Shown here: positions 18,644-27,104 of the stretch, piece after piece
Layout: the number at the start of each line of letters is the position of its first letter
Position numbering within the stretch: position 1 is the stretch's first letter
IMG/VR virus record: IMGVR_UViG_2885028616_000003
Span: 1 to 64,000 of that record
Origin: a virus
Taxonomy: Duplodnaviria; Caudoviricetes
Length of the DNA stretch: 64,000 bases
Reading direction: 5' to 3' (one strand)
Program-made: the position numbers and the translations under genes
Notes under the pieces: model-generated
Database searches by the model: none
Told to the model about the DNA's origin: nothing
Seen by the model: the letters and a program-made list of their open reading frames with translations, nothing else

Positions 18644-18814
18644 ATGGCTAAGAAGAAGTGGATCATCTCCGCTCCCGACGTCCCCAACCCCCTCAAGGGC
18701 AAGGACGGCAAAGGCGACTCCGCGACCGTCTACAGCAAAGCCGACCTCAACAAGCGTCTCGCCGCCGCGAAGAAGGCGGGCGTGAAGGTGAACGTCCGCG
18801 AGACCACCGAATAG
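18644..18814 (+). CDS. Small basic protein
   Basis: MAKKKWII..., high GC3, followed by hairpin. Confidence 0.6.
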   Translation: MAKKKWIISAPDVPNPLKGKDGKGDSATVYSKADLNKRLAAAKKAGVKVNVRETTE

Positions 18815-18903
18815 ACCGCCCGGCCCCGGGCTCCACCTTCCACAGCGCGCCCGGGGCCGGGCCCCGTCCACACCAGCAGACGAGACGACCCCGAAGGGCC
18901 GCA

Positions 18904-20580
18904 ATGTACGACCCTACGAGCGACCTGCCCGCCTGGGCGCCCTACGCGACGGCCGGAGTCGGCCTCACCGCCACCCTCGCCATCGGCATGTGGATCGGCG
19001 GCCGCCGGCACCGCGCACACCGCACCGGGCGCCGCCGCCGCGCCGAGGACGCGCTCACCTTCGTCGCCGCGGCCCTCGCCACCGCCGTCACCAGCCAAGG
19101 CATGTGGCGCGTCTTCGAGCACCGCCTCCACATGCCCCTCGAACTACGCGTCGTGACGTTCGCGTTCCTCGAGATCGCGATGCTCACCTGCGGGATCCGC
19201 GCCCGCTCGAACATCGCCGACCCCGAGATCGGCAAAGCCGGGCCCGAGGGCGCAGCGGTCTGGGCGCTCGCCGGGTTCTCAGGGTTCGTCGCGGCCACCG
19301 ACTCCGGGAGCTGGCACGAGGCCCTCATCCGCCTCGCCGCTCCCCTGGCCGCCGCGTGGCTGTGGGAACGAGGGCTGCACGTCCAGCGGACCCAGAACGT
19401 CTGGTCCCGGCGCCGCCGCTGGTTCTCCTCGATCCACTGGCGGATCACCCCGGAGCGGATCCTCGTCGCGCTCGGCGCGGCCGAGCCGCAGGACCGCACC
19501 GCCGCCGAGGTCGACGTCGACCGGCACATCACCCGCCTCGCAGTCGCCAACGCCCGGCTCACCCTCGCGCGCCGCCCCGGCCGCAAACTCCCAGGGACCC
19601 TGAGGCGCGCCAACGCACGAGCCCAGAGAGCGTGGCTCGCCGCGGTCAAGCACACCCCGCTCGCGCACGACCCCGAACTCCTGGCCCGGGTCGAAGCCGA
19701 GACCGCGCTGCTCGTCCACGCGACCGCCTACGCCGACCTGCCGCACCGGCCGTCCTGGATGCCCGCCCCCGCCGCCCGCCCCCAGATCTGCCTCGGCGCC
19801 CACGCCGGGCCAGGCCTGATCGCGCTCCGCGTGCTGGAGCGCGGCAAGCGCCGCATCCTGCACCCGGAGCCGGCCGAGCGGCCCTCCGCGACCACGACGA
19901 GTCTGCTCGCCCGGATCCAGCAGCGCCGCACCGACCGGCGCCTCGGCATACGGCCCGGGTCCGACTCCACCCCGCACGCCCGTACGGACGAGACCCGTAC
20001 GGTTCCCCGTACCGACAATGCCCCCCAGCACCGTACGGACCGCACCGTACGGGCCACGGCACCCACCGGTACGGCCATCCATACGGGACCGCGTACGGCG
20101 CCCCGGCTCAACCCGTACGGCACCGTCCTGGTGATGCCCGTACGGACCACACCGTCCGGGCTCGCCCTGCCCCAGCCCTCCACCCGTACGGGCCGTACGG
20201 TGCCGGGACGTACGGACCCGGACCGTACGAACGGAACCGCCCGGACGCCGGCGCAGGCCCCGTCTCCCCCGCGGCCCGAACCCACCGCCGACCAGGCCGA
20301 CGAGCAGGACGGCAGGAAGCCCGACCGTACGGACGACGCACCTGAGCCGCCCCGCGACAACCGGCGCAAGAGCAAAGAGCACTGGGCCCGGGCCCTCGCG
20401 GAGGAGATCCGTACGGCCACCGAGCAGAGCCGTACGTGGGAGCCCGACTATCCCGCCCTCATGGCCCGTACGCGCTACGGCAAGAGCTGGTGCGAGAAGC
20501 GCGTACGGGAAGCCAAGGCCCTCGCTGCCCAGCCCCGTACGGCCGCCGACCCGCGCGCCCGTACGGCCATCGGCACCTGA
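18904..20580 (+). CDS. Spd-like (DUF2637-type) membrane protein with C-terminal HTH
   Basis: Several N-terminal TM helices, P/R/T-rich linker, C-terminal YPALMARTRYGKSWCEKRVREA; directly upstream of TraB. Confidence 0.65.
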   Translation: MYDPTSDLPAWAPYATAGVGLTATLAIGMWIGGRRHRAHRTGRRRRAEDALTFVAAALATAVTSQGMWRVFEHRLHMPLELRVVTFAFLEIAMLTCGIRARSNIADPEIGKAGPEGAAVWALAGFSGFVAATDSGSWHEALIRLAAPLAAAWLWERGLHVQRTQNVWSRRRRWFSSIHWRITPERILVALGAAEPQDRTAAEVDVDRHITRLAVANARLTLARRPGRKLPGTLRRANARAQRAWLAAVKHTPLAHDPELLARVEAETALLVHATAYADLPHRPSWMPAPAARPQICLGAHAGPGLIALRVLERGKRRILHPEPAERPSATTTSLLARIQQRRTDRRLGIRPGSDSTPHARTDETRTVPRTDNAPQHRTDRTVRATAPTGTAIHTGPRTAPRLNPYGTVLVMPVRTTPSGLALPQPSTRTGRTVPGRTDPDRTNGTARTPAQAPSPPRPEPTADQADEQDGRKPDRTDDAPEPPRDNRRKSKEHWARALAEEIRTATEQSRTWEPDYPALMARTRYGKSWCEKRVREAKALAAQPRTAADPRARTAIGT

Positions 20581-20630
20581 CCCGTACCGCCCAGCACGGC
20601 CATACGGCCCCGTCCGTACGAGCCCGTACC
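19980..20630. repeat. Dense CCGTACGG palindrome array
   Basis: About 12 perfect copies (hand count) and a similar number of 1-mismatch copies, irregular spacing, extending past the stop codon. Confidence 0.9.
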
Positions 20631-20651
20631 CCGCACACCATGGAGACCACA

Positions 20652-22754
20652 GTGACCGTCGACCTGGACAAGGACTCGCAGCCCGCAGCCCAGGCCCCCT
20701 CTACCGACCCGCCTACCGCTCCCCTACCGGACGGCGACGGCAGCCACGACGACGGCGAGGTCCTCGAGGGAGTCATCGTCCGCCCGAACCTGCCGGCGCT
20801 GCTGCCCGACTGGGTCCGGGACTGGGAGATCGCCAAGGCCCGCGCCGACGTCCGTGCCCGCCGCGCCGCCTACAAGGCCGCGTTCCACCTGCTCAGGACC
20901 CACCGCTACGCGTGGCGTTTCGCCTGGGGAGGCGGCGTCGGCTGGTACCGCGGCGGCTGCCGGCTCGTCGACTGGCTCACCCTCGGCGAATCCCGCGACC
21001 TGCGCCTGCACGCGGCCGGGCAAACCGACGCCAAGGAGTACCTCGCCCTACTCCACGCCCGCAACGACCACCTCAGGGTCCGCAGCATCGTCGCAGGTGG
21101 CACGGGTCTCGCCGTCGCGGCCGGGGTGGCGGCGGAGGCCTGGCTGCTCCCCCACTCCGTCCTGTGGGTCGAGGGCGCGCTGGCGTGGGCGGTCGCGGCC
21201 TGGCACGGCGGCCCCGAGCCCGACGTCGGCCTCCTCGACGAGCCCGAGGTCCCCGTTCGCCTGGACCTGTCCGCCGAGCACCTCAACGCCGCGTTCCGCG
21301 CCATCGGCATCCTCAAAGGCAAGGACGACGACGAGGACGCCCCCCGCCTGGTCCTGGTCCAGCCGCCCATGCGGGACTCCTCCCGGTCCTGGTCAGCGGT
21401 GGTGGATCTCCCCCGCGGCACCGGCAAATCCGCCAACGACGTCCTGGCCCGCCGCGACCGGCTCGCCGCCGAACTCGGCGTCGACGAGATCCAGCTCGAC
21501 ATCCGCCGCGTCCGAGCCGTCCACAAGGGCCACGCCGGGCGCCTGTCGATCTGGATGTGCGACGAAGACCCCTACCTCCAGGACAAGCCCACCCAGTCGC
21601 CGCTGGTCAAAGCCGAATCGTTCAACGTGTGGAACCCCGTGCCCTTCGGCCGGGACGCCCGCGGCGACCGCGTGGACCTGCCGGTGATGTGGCAGTCGAT
21701 GTTCTTCGGAGGGCTCCCCCGCCGCGGGAAGACCGGCAGCCAGCGCGACGTCGTCGCCGCCGGCGTCCTGGACGCCTCCGTCCGGCACCGCCTCGCCGAC
21801 GGCAAGGGCGGCGCCGACTGGAAACCCATGCGCCGCCTGGCCTACCGGTACGTCCTGGGCGCCGAGGCCGACGCCGTCACCGCCCTGGAAGACATGCTGG
21901 ACGAGGCCATCGCCGACATGGAAGCCGCGTTCAAGAAGCTCAACGCGCTCCCCCTGCACCTGGTCCCCGATGGGAAGCTCACCCCGCAGATCGTGGAGCG
22001 GTACGGGTTCGAGCTGAACTGGATCACCATCGATGAGCTGCAGGAATACCTGTCGGCGATCACCGACAACAAGCGCCGCGAGGCGCTGATCGAGCGGCTG
22101 TGCCGCCTCGCGCGCCGCGGACCCGCCGCCGGGTTCTTCAGCAACTTCGCCTCCCAGCGCCCCGACGCCACGTCCGTCCCGACCCGGCTGCGGGAGATCG
22201 TGTCCTACCGGTACTGCACCCAGGTCATCGACAAGACCAGCTCCGACATGGTCCTGGGTGACGGGAAGGCCAAGCAGGGCGCTGACGCCTCGATCCTGTC
22301 CGAGGAGCACGTCGGTGTCGGGGTGCTCGTCACCGGCCCCGCCTCGTTCACCACCGTCCTGGCGGACTACATCACGCTCCCGGAGTTCGTCGACATCTGT
22401 CAACGCGGCCGCGAGTTGCGGATCAAGGCGCAGACACTGGCCGGCGACGCCACCGACGAAGTCCTGTCCGGTGAGCGCGAAGACGTCATCCCGCAGGTCC
22501 TCGCGGACGCCCTTACCGTCATGCGGCATGTCGACCGGATGCACACCACCGACCTGCTCAACCGGCTCATCAACATCGATGAGGGCTACTACGGCGACTG
22601 GTCCGCTGACACGCTGGCGACCGAACTCGCCGCTGCCCGTGTTGAGCGTTCGACCGTCCAGGTGAAGATCAGCGGCGTCAACCGCAACGGCTGGCACAAG
22701 TCGGATCTGCTGGCCGCCGCCGATCAGTTCGGAGGCGCCCGGCACCGTTCCTGA
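20652..22754 (+). CDS. traB: FtsK/SpoIIIE-family conjugative DNA translocase (TraB-like)
   Basis: TM pair, Walker A GGLPRRGKT, DGKGG.D, Walker B ITIDELQ, SQRP, C-terminal wHTH-like region. Confidence 0.85.
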   Translation: MTVDLDKDSQPAAQAPSTDPPTAPLPDGDGSHDDGEVLEGVIVRPNLPALLPDWVRDWEIAKARADVRARRAAYKAAFHLLRTHRYAWRFAWGGGVGWYRGGCRLVDWLTLGESRDLRLHAAGQTDAKEYLALLHARNDHLRVRSIVAGGTGLAVAAGVAAEAWLLPHSVLWVEGALAWAVAAWHGGPEPDVGLLDEPEVPVRLDLSAEHLNAAFRAIGILKGKDDDEDAPRLVLVQPPMRDSSRSWSAVVDLPRGTGKSANDVLARRDRLAAELGVDEIQLDIRRVRAVHKGHAGRLSIWMCDEDPYLQDKPTQSPLVKAESFNVWNPVPFGRDARGDRVDLPVMWQSMFFGGLPRRGKTGSQRDVVAAGVLDASVRHRLADGKGGADWKPMRRLAYRYVLGAEADAVTALEDMLDEAIADMEAAFKKLNALPLHLVPDGKLTPQIVERYGFELNWITIDELQEYLSAITDNKRREALIERLCRLARRGPAAGFFSNFASQRPDATSVPTRLREIVSYRYCTQVIDKTSSDMVLGDGKAKQGADASILSEEHVGVGVLVTGPASFTTVLADYITLPEFVDICQRGRELRIKAQTLAGDATDEVLSGEREDVIPQVLADALTVMRHVDRMHTTDLLNRLINIDEGYYGDWSADTLATELAAARVERSTVQVKISGVNRNGWHKSDLLAAADQFGGARHRS

Positions 22755-22806
22755 ACCCGCCTCCGAGGCGGCCAGACCGGTCTTCTCGCAGGACCCACCT
22801 AAACCG

Positions 22807-22897
22807 CCTACCTCGCAGGTCAGAGCACCTGCCAGGGGTTCCTACCGCGCGCCTACCGCGGGAGGTGGTTCCCGGTCAGAGGCCATATGCCGGTAGG
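22807..22897. repeat. clt-like CCTACC(G) repeats downstream of traB
   Basis: Copies at 22807, 22841, 22852 and inverted at 22891; three more at 20701-20729. Confidence 0.55.
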
Positions 22898-22950
22898 CAC
22901 CCCAAACCCGACGCATGACCGCCAGGTCACATCACGTAGAGGAGAGCATC

Positions 22951-23313
22951 ATGCCACCCGCGAAACGGACAACCCGGGTCCGCAGCCACACCCGCAGCGA
23001 CGGAACGAAGGTCAAGAGCCACAACCGCGAAGCAGCCCTCGCGCAGGCGAAAGCAGCCTGGGCCGGCGCCGGGGTCTCCGGCCTGACCACCCTCGCCCTA
23101 GTGGTCGAGATGGGCTTCACGATCATCTCCACCACCGCCCTCATCATCACCGCGCTACTGGGCTGGCTCGCGGTGTACGCGACCCAGCGGACCGCCAAGA
23201 ACAAGCGGAAGATCCGCGCCACCAGAGCCACAGCCAGGCGAAACACCGGCCGCCGCACCACCACCCGCAGCCGCTCCACCAGCCGTGGCAAGACGACGAA
23301 GAAGCGCCGATGA
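22951..23313 (+). CDS. Basic two-TM membrane protein
   Basis: VRSHTRSDGTKVKSH.R motif, hydrophobic core. Confidence 0.7.
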   Translation: MPPAKRTTRVRSHTRSDGTKVKSHNREAALAQAKAAWAGAGVSGLTTLALVVEMGFTIISTTALIITALLGWLAVYATQRTAKNKRKIRATRATARRNTGRRTTTRSRSTSRGKTTKKRR

Positions 23314-23450
23314 CGGGCCTGCGACTCGCGCCCACGCTCGCCTGGGCGTCGCTGGCGGCCGGGCTCGCCACCGGCCACGCCGCCGCCGGCGTCCTCGTCG
23401 CCGCGGTGTTCGCGCTCGTCGGCGCGGCCGCGAGGAAGAGGCGCCGGTGA
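23310..23450 (+). CDS. Small membrane protein
   Basis: ATGA-coupled, hydrophobic with basic tail. Confidence 0.55.
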   Translation: MTGLRLAPTLAWASLAAGLATGHAAAGVLVAAVFALVGAAARKRRR

Positions 23451-24580
23451 CCGGTGATTCGAGGCCGTCCGGGGTCGGCGGTATCGCCGGCTCCGGGTTG
23501 TCGGGTGCGCTGATCCGGCCGGGTTCGGTTGCGCAGGCCGGTGGGGAACGGGAATGCCAATTCCCGGAACTCGATCATGTGGGGGGCGGGCCGGCGTTCG
23601 ACGCCGCCGCGGCGCTCCCGCCCGGCAAGAACCCGTACCTGGTGTACCTGTCGCGCTTCACCAAGCCCGAGAGCCACCGCGCGATGGCCGGATGCCTCGA
23701 CCGCATCGCCGGCCTGTGGGCCCTCCAGTTGGACATGGCGCTGCCCGAGCCGTACGGGCAGCACTTCCCCTGGGCGTCGCTGCGGTACGCCCACACGGCG
23801 GCGATCCGCGCCATGGTCCTGGCGCAGACCCGCGCCGACGGGCAGCCTTGGGCGCCCGCGTACCGCAACAAGCACCTCGTCGCGCTACGCCGGGTACTGA
23901 GGGTCTCGTGGAAGCTGGAGCTGATGTCCACCGACGACTACCACCGTGCCTGCGACGTCGAGGGCGTCGAGCATCGGCGCCTCGTCGTCGGCCGCGTCAT
24001 CACGGCGGAGGAACGCGCGCAGCTCACCGCCGTCTGTCTCGCCGACCCGGCTCCGCAGGGGCTGCGGGACGCCGCCCTTCTGGAATCGCTGTACTCGACC
24101 GGGTGCCGCCGCGCCGAGCTCGCCCGCGCCACCCGCGACGACTACGACCCCGGGTCCCGGACCCTCATCGTCACCGGCAAGCGGGACAAGCAGCGCGACA
24201 CCTACCTCACCGAGGCCGCCGCGGCCCGCCTCGGTGAGTGGCTCGTCGCCGGCCGCCCGCGGGGGCCTCTGTTCCCGGCTGGAGACAGGTGGGGCCGTAT
24301 CGGGACCGAGCACATGACCTCGAACGGCATCGGGCAGGTCGTCGCGCGCCGGGCCCGCCAGGCCGGGGTGCCGGACATCTCCCCGCACGACTTCCGCCGC
24401 ACCTTCACCGGTGACCTCCTGGACGCCGGTGTCGACCTGGCAACGGTGCAGCAGCTCCTCGGGCATGCGTCCGCGTCGACTACGGCGGGGTACGACCGGC
24501 GGCCGGCCGCTGCTCGTCGTGCTGCCGTCGATCGTCTGGGAGGCGGCCCGGCGGGCATGTCGGCTCGGCATCTCACCTGA
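23447..24580 (+). CDS. Tyrosine recombinase (resolvase-like)
   Basis: TGCRRAE (R), GKRDK (K), HDFRR (HxxR), LGH, GYDRR (Y). Confidence 0.92.
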   Translation: MTGDSRPSGVGGIAGSGLSGALIRPGSVAQAGGERECQFPELDHVGGGPAFDAAAALPPGKNPYLVYLSRFTKPESHRAMAGCLDRIAGLWALQLDMALPEPYGQHFPWASLRYAHTAAIRAMVLAQTRADGQPWAPAYRNKHLVALRRVLRVSWKLELMSTDDYHRACDVEGVEHRRLVVGRVITAEERAQLTAVCLADPAPQGLRDAALLESLYSTGCRRAELARATRDDYDPGSRTLIVTGKRDKQRDTYLTEAAAARLGEWLVAGRPRGPLFPAGDRWGRIGTEHMTSNGIGQVVARRARQAGVPDISPHDFRRTFTGDLLDAGVDLATVQQLLGHASASTTAGYDRRPAAARRAAVDRLGGGPAGMSARHLT

Positions 24581-24585
24581 CATTC

Positions 24586-24626
24586 TTGCGTACATACACA
24601 AGACAGGCTATTCTGTATGTACGCAA
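24586..24626 (+). promoter_or_regulatory. Promoter with two TTGCGTAC-N-TACGCAA-like operators
   Basis: TTGCGT-N17-TATTCT overlapped by IR TTGCGTACATACA/TGTATGTACGCAA. Confidence 0.75.
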
Positions 24627-24643
24627 TGAACGAGGGAGGCGCC

Positions 24644-24925
24644 ATGCAGGTCTGGATTCTCGCCCGGGGCGAGGACAGCGAGGGCGAGCAGGTCCTCGGC
24701 GTGTACGCCTCCCGCGACGCCGCGCGCGCCGACTTCGAGCGGGAGGCTCTGGTGGTCGACCGCGCGTTCACCATCGACCGCGCGTTCAACACCGAGGACG
24801 GCTCGGTCTACATCCACGGCGGCTGCGACTGGGTGACCCTCACCCCGTGGACCGTCCAGGGCGCTCCCGTCCCGGGACCGGCCGCCCCGGCGCTGTCCGC
24901 CCAGCAGCCGCAGGCCCTGGCCTGA
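24644..24925 (+). CDS. Hypothetical protein
   Basis: RBS GGAGG; VWIL..GE..EG..VLGVYAS motif. Confidence 0.7.
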   Translation: MQVWILARGEDSEGEQVLGVYASRDAARADFEREALVVDRAFTIDRAFNTEDGSVYIHGGCDWVTLTPWTVQGAPVPGPAAPALSAQQPQALA

Positions 24926-24985
24926 CCGGTCCCCTGGCCCGCCCGGCATCCGCCGGGCGGGCCTTGTCATGCCCGCGGCCGCGGG

Positions 24986-25255
24986 TCATCCGTCGCCGGC
25001 TCGGCTACGGGCGCGCGAGGTGGCGGCGCGGCGGTAGCGGTTGCGCTTGCGTTCCGCGAGTTCGTGTTCGCCGGATCTGAGCTGCTCGATCTCGCCGGGG
25101 GTGCCGCCGGCTTCGATGACTTCGCGGATGCGCTGGTGGATATCGGCGGTGGGGTTGCTGTCCTGGCGCTTGAGGACGGCCTGGTAGGCGGTCCACATGG
25201 GGGTGGGGACGCGGATGGTCTTGCCGGGTGTGCGGTCTTCTTCGGTTCGAGTCAT
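24986..25255 (-). CDS. Ribbon-helix-helix-like repressor
   Basis: TPGKTIRVPTPMW.AY...ADI...I. Confidence 0.65.
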   Translation of the reverse strand: MTRTEEDRTPGKTIRVPTPMWTAYQAVLKRQDSNPTADIHQRIREVIEAGGTPGEIEQLRSGEHELAERKRNRYRRAATSRARSRAGDG

Positions 25256-25274
25256 GGTCTGACGATCCCATGCG

Positions 25275-25315
25275 TTGCGTACAGACGCAACAAGCGGTAT
25301 TGTGTACTTACGCAA
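25275..25315 (+). promoter_or_regulatory. Promoter with two operators of the same family as 24586-24626
   Basis: TTGCGT-N17-TATTGT; TTGCGTACAGACGCAA and TTGTGTACTTACGCAA. Confidence 0.75.
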
Positions 25316-25416
25316 TAACAACTCCACAGCGGACCGCCCCCGAGGGCGGACACCGGGCCTCCCGGGACCGGCGCGAGCCGGGGCCCACCCGATTCCAACT
25401 ACAAGGGAGGCCCCCG

Positions 25417-25740
25417 ATGTCCACCACCTTCACCACCACCCTCGGCGGCCCGGAGCTCAACCTCCACAACGGGAACACCCGCACGGTGCTTGAGCTTCTG
25501 GGACTTCCCGCCGAGGAGCCGTGGGGCGACGCACCCGCCGAGGACTTCCTCGGCCGGGTGCTCATCGCACAGGGCCTGCTCAACGTCACCACCGACGACG
25601 AGCACGGGCGACCGGCCGTCACCGACGGCCGCATCACCTACGGCGGCCGGAACCCCGGCCGCCTGGCCCAGGTGCTGGCGGAACTCCAGGACATCGCGTC
25701 CTGGGCCCACCGCCACCACGCGGACGTGACGTGGGACTGA
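25417..25740 (+). CDS. Hypothetical protein
   Basis: RBS GGAGG; PELNLHNGN...LLG...FLGRVL.A motif. Confidence 0.7.
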   Translation: MSTTFTTTLGGPELNLHNGNTRTVLELLGLPAEEPWGDAPAEDFLGRVLIAQGLLNVTTDDEHGRPAVTDGRITYGGRNPGRLAQVLAELQDIASWAHRHHADVTWD

Positions 25741-25836
25741 CCCACCACGACCGCCTCCGTGGGGCCACCGCCCGCCGGTGGCCCCACGGGCCTGTCGCCC
25801 CCAGGACCGCCCGGGATGAGTGGGTAACACCTCTCC

Positions 25837-26055
25837 ATGCCTCGCGTACCGCCGATCGTCGGCTCCGCGACCGCCGACGGTCCCGCATACCTGCTCGCCT
25901 GGGAGCACCTGCCCGACGGCACGTGGGGCGCGCACATCGCCTGGGTTGTGCTCGAAGGCGAGGCCTGGAAGGTGAAGTCGGCGCGGGTCGCCGCGGACGA
26001 TCTGGAGCGCATGAAGGGCCAGGACTACGAGCGGGTGCCGCGCCGACAGCCGTGA
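25837..26055 (+). CDS. Hypothetical protein
   Basis: High GC3; LLAW...DG.W.A.IAW...GQDY..VPR. Confidence 0.65.
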   Translation: MPRVPPIVGSATADGPAYLLAWEHLPDGTWGAHIAWVVLEGEAWKVKSARVAADDLERMKGQDYERVPRRQP

Positions 26056-26141
26056 CCGCGCATCCGCAACTCGACCCGCATTTCGGCCACGTCCGGTCAC
26101 GTACCTGTGTCTGTCGGTAAGGACCGTGGCAGCATCGGCGC

Positions 26142-26921
26142 ATGCCCTCCCCCGACATCGACGTCGATCGCCCCTCAGCCGCCCGTGTCTACGACTACGT
26201 CCTCGGCGGCAAGGACAACTACGCCGTGGACCGGCAGGCCGCCGAGCAACTGTTCGAGATAGCTCCGGAGATCCGCGACACCGCCCGGGAGAACCGGGCC
26301 TTCCTGCGGCGCATGGTCCGCTACCTCGCCGGGGAAGGCGTCCGGCAGTTCCTCGACCTCGGCGCGGGCCTGCCCACGGTCGAGAACACCCACCAGGTCG
26401 CCCAGGCCGCGGCCCCCGACACCAAGACCGTGTACGTCGACAACGACCCCATCGTCCTGGCGCACGGCCGCGCGTACCTGGACCTGGACGCACGGACCAG
26501 CTTCCTGTCGTCCGACATCCGCGACACCGCCGCCGTGCTCGATGGCGCCGGCGCGCACCTGGACCTGTCCGAGCCGATCGGGTTGTTCTTCGTGAACGTG
26601 TTGCACCTGGTCGGCGATCGCGACGACCCTGCCGGGCTGGTCGCCGCCTACGCTCATGCTCTTGCGCCCGGCTCGCATGTCGTGATCACCCATGTCTCCT
26701 CGGATGGGGCGTCCGAGGAGCTTCGGGCCCGGATCGGGTCGGTGTTCGCCGGCTCGTCCGCGGATGCGCGTCTTCGCACACGTGAAGAGATCCGCGGGAT
26801 GTTCGGCGGGCTGCCGCTGCTGGAGCCGGGCCTGGTCGATGTCGCGGCGTGGCGCCCTGAGGACGGTGACGAGCCCGTCGGTGAGCTACGCGTGTTCGCC
26901 GGCGTGGCCCGGGTGCAGTAG
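26142..26921 (+). CDS. SAM-dependent methyltransferase (Methyltransf_19 type)
   Basis: PSAARVYDY.LGGKDNYAVDR, QFLDLGAGLPT, YVDNDPIVLAH, PGLV...WRP. Confidence 0.93.
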   Translation: MPSPDIDVDRPSAARVYDYVLGGKDNYAVDRQAAEQLFEIAPEIRDTARENRAFLRRMVRYLAGEGVRQFLDLGAGLPTVENTHQVAQAAAPDTKTVYVDNDPIVLAHGRAYLDLDARTSFLSSDIRDTAAVLDGAGAHLDLSEPIGLFFVNVLHLVGDRDDPAGLVAAYAHALAPGSHVVITHVSSDGASEELRARIGSVFAGSSADARLRTREEIRGMFGGLPLLEPGLVDVAAWRPEDGDEPVGELRVFAGVARVQ

Positions 26922-27104
26922 GTCGTGGCGGCCGGCGCGTACAGCTTCGAGCAGCCCCACCCACGCGCCGGCCGACATGCTCAGCTGCGATCCGGGGGCT
27001 TTGGAGTCGCGGACCGCGACGCCGGCGGTGGACGCGGCGACTTCGACGCACTGGCCGTGGGCGTCGCTTCCGCTGGCCTTCCGCCAGATCTTGGAGTGGG
27101 TCAC
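26886..27104 (-). CDS. DUF397-domain protein
   Basis: WRKAS.S...CVEVA...VAVRDSK.P. Confidence 0.93.
   Translation of the reverse strand: MTHSKIWRKASGSDAHGQCVEVAASTAGVAVRDSKAPGSQLSMSAGAWVGLLEAVRAGRHDLLHPGHAGEHA

Noticed and set aside
19980-20630. CRISPR or mini-array
   Set aside because: Repeats are only 8 bp with irregular spacing, lie in a coding region, and no cas genes are present
15140-24580. Autonomous AICE inserted in the prophage
   Set aside because: No rep, xis or flanking att repeats seen; disfavoured but not excluded
24586-24626. lox/att site next to the recombinase
   Set aside because: The 15-bp spacer is too long; the motif recurs at 25275-25315 and overlaps promoter hexamers
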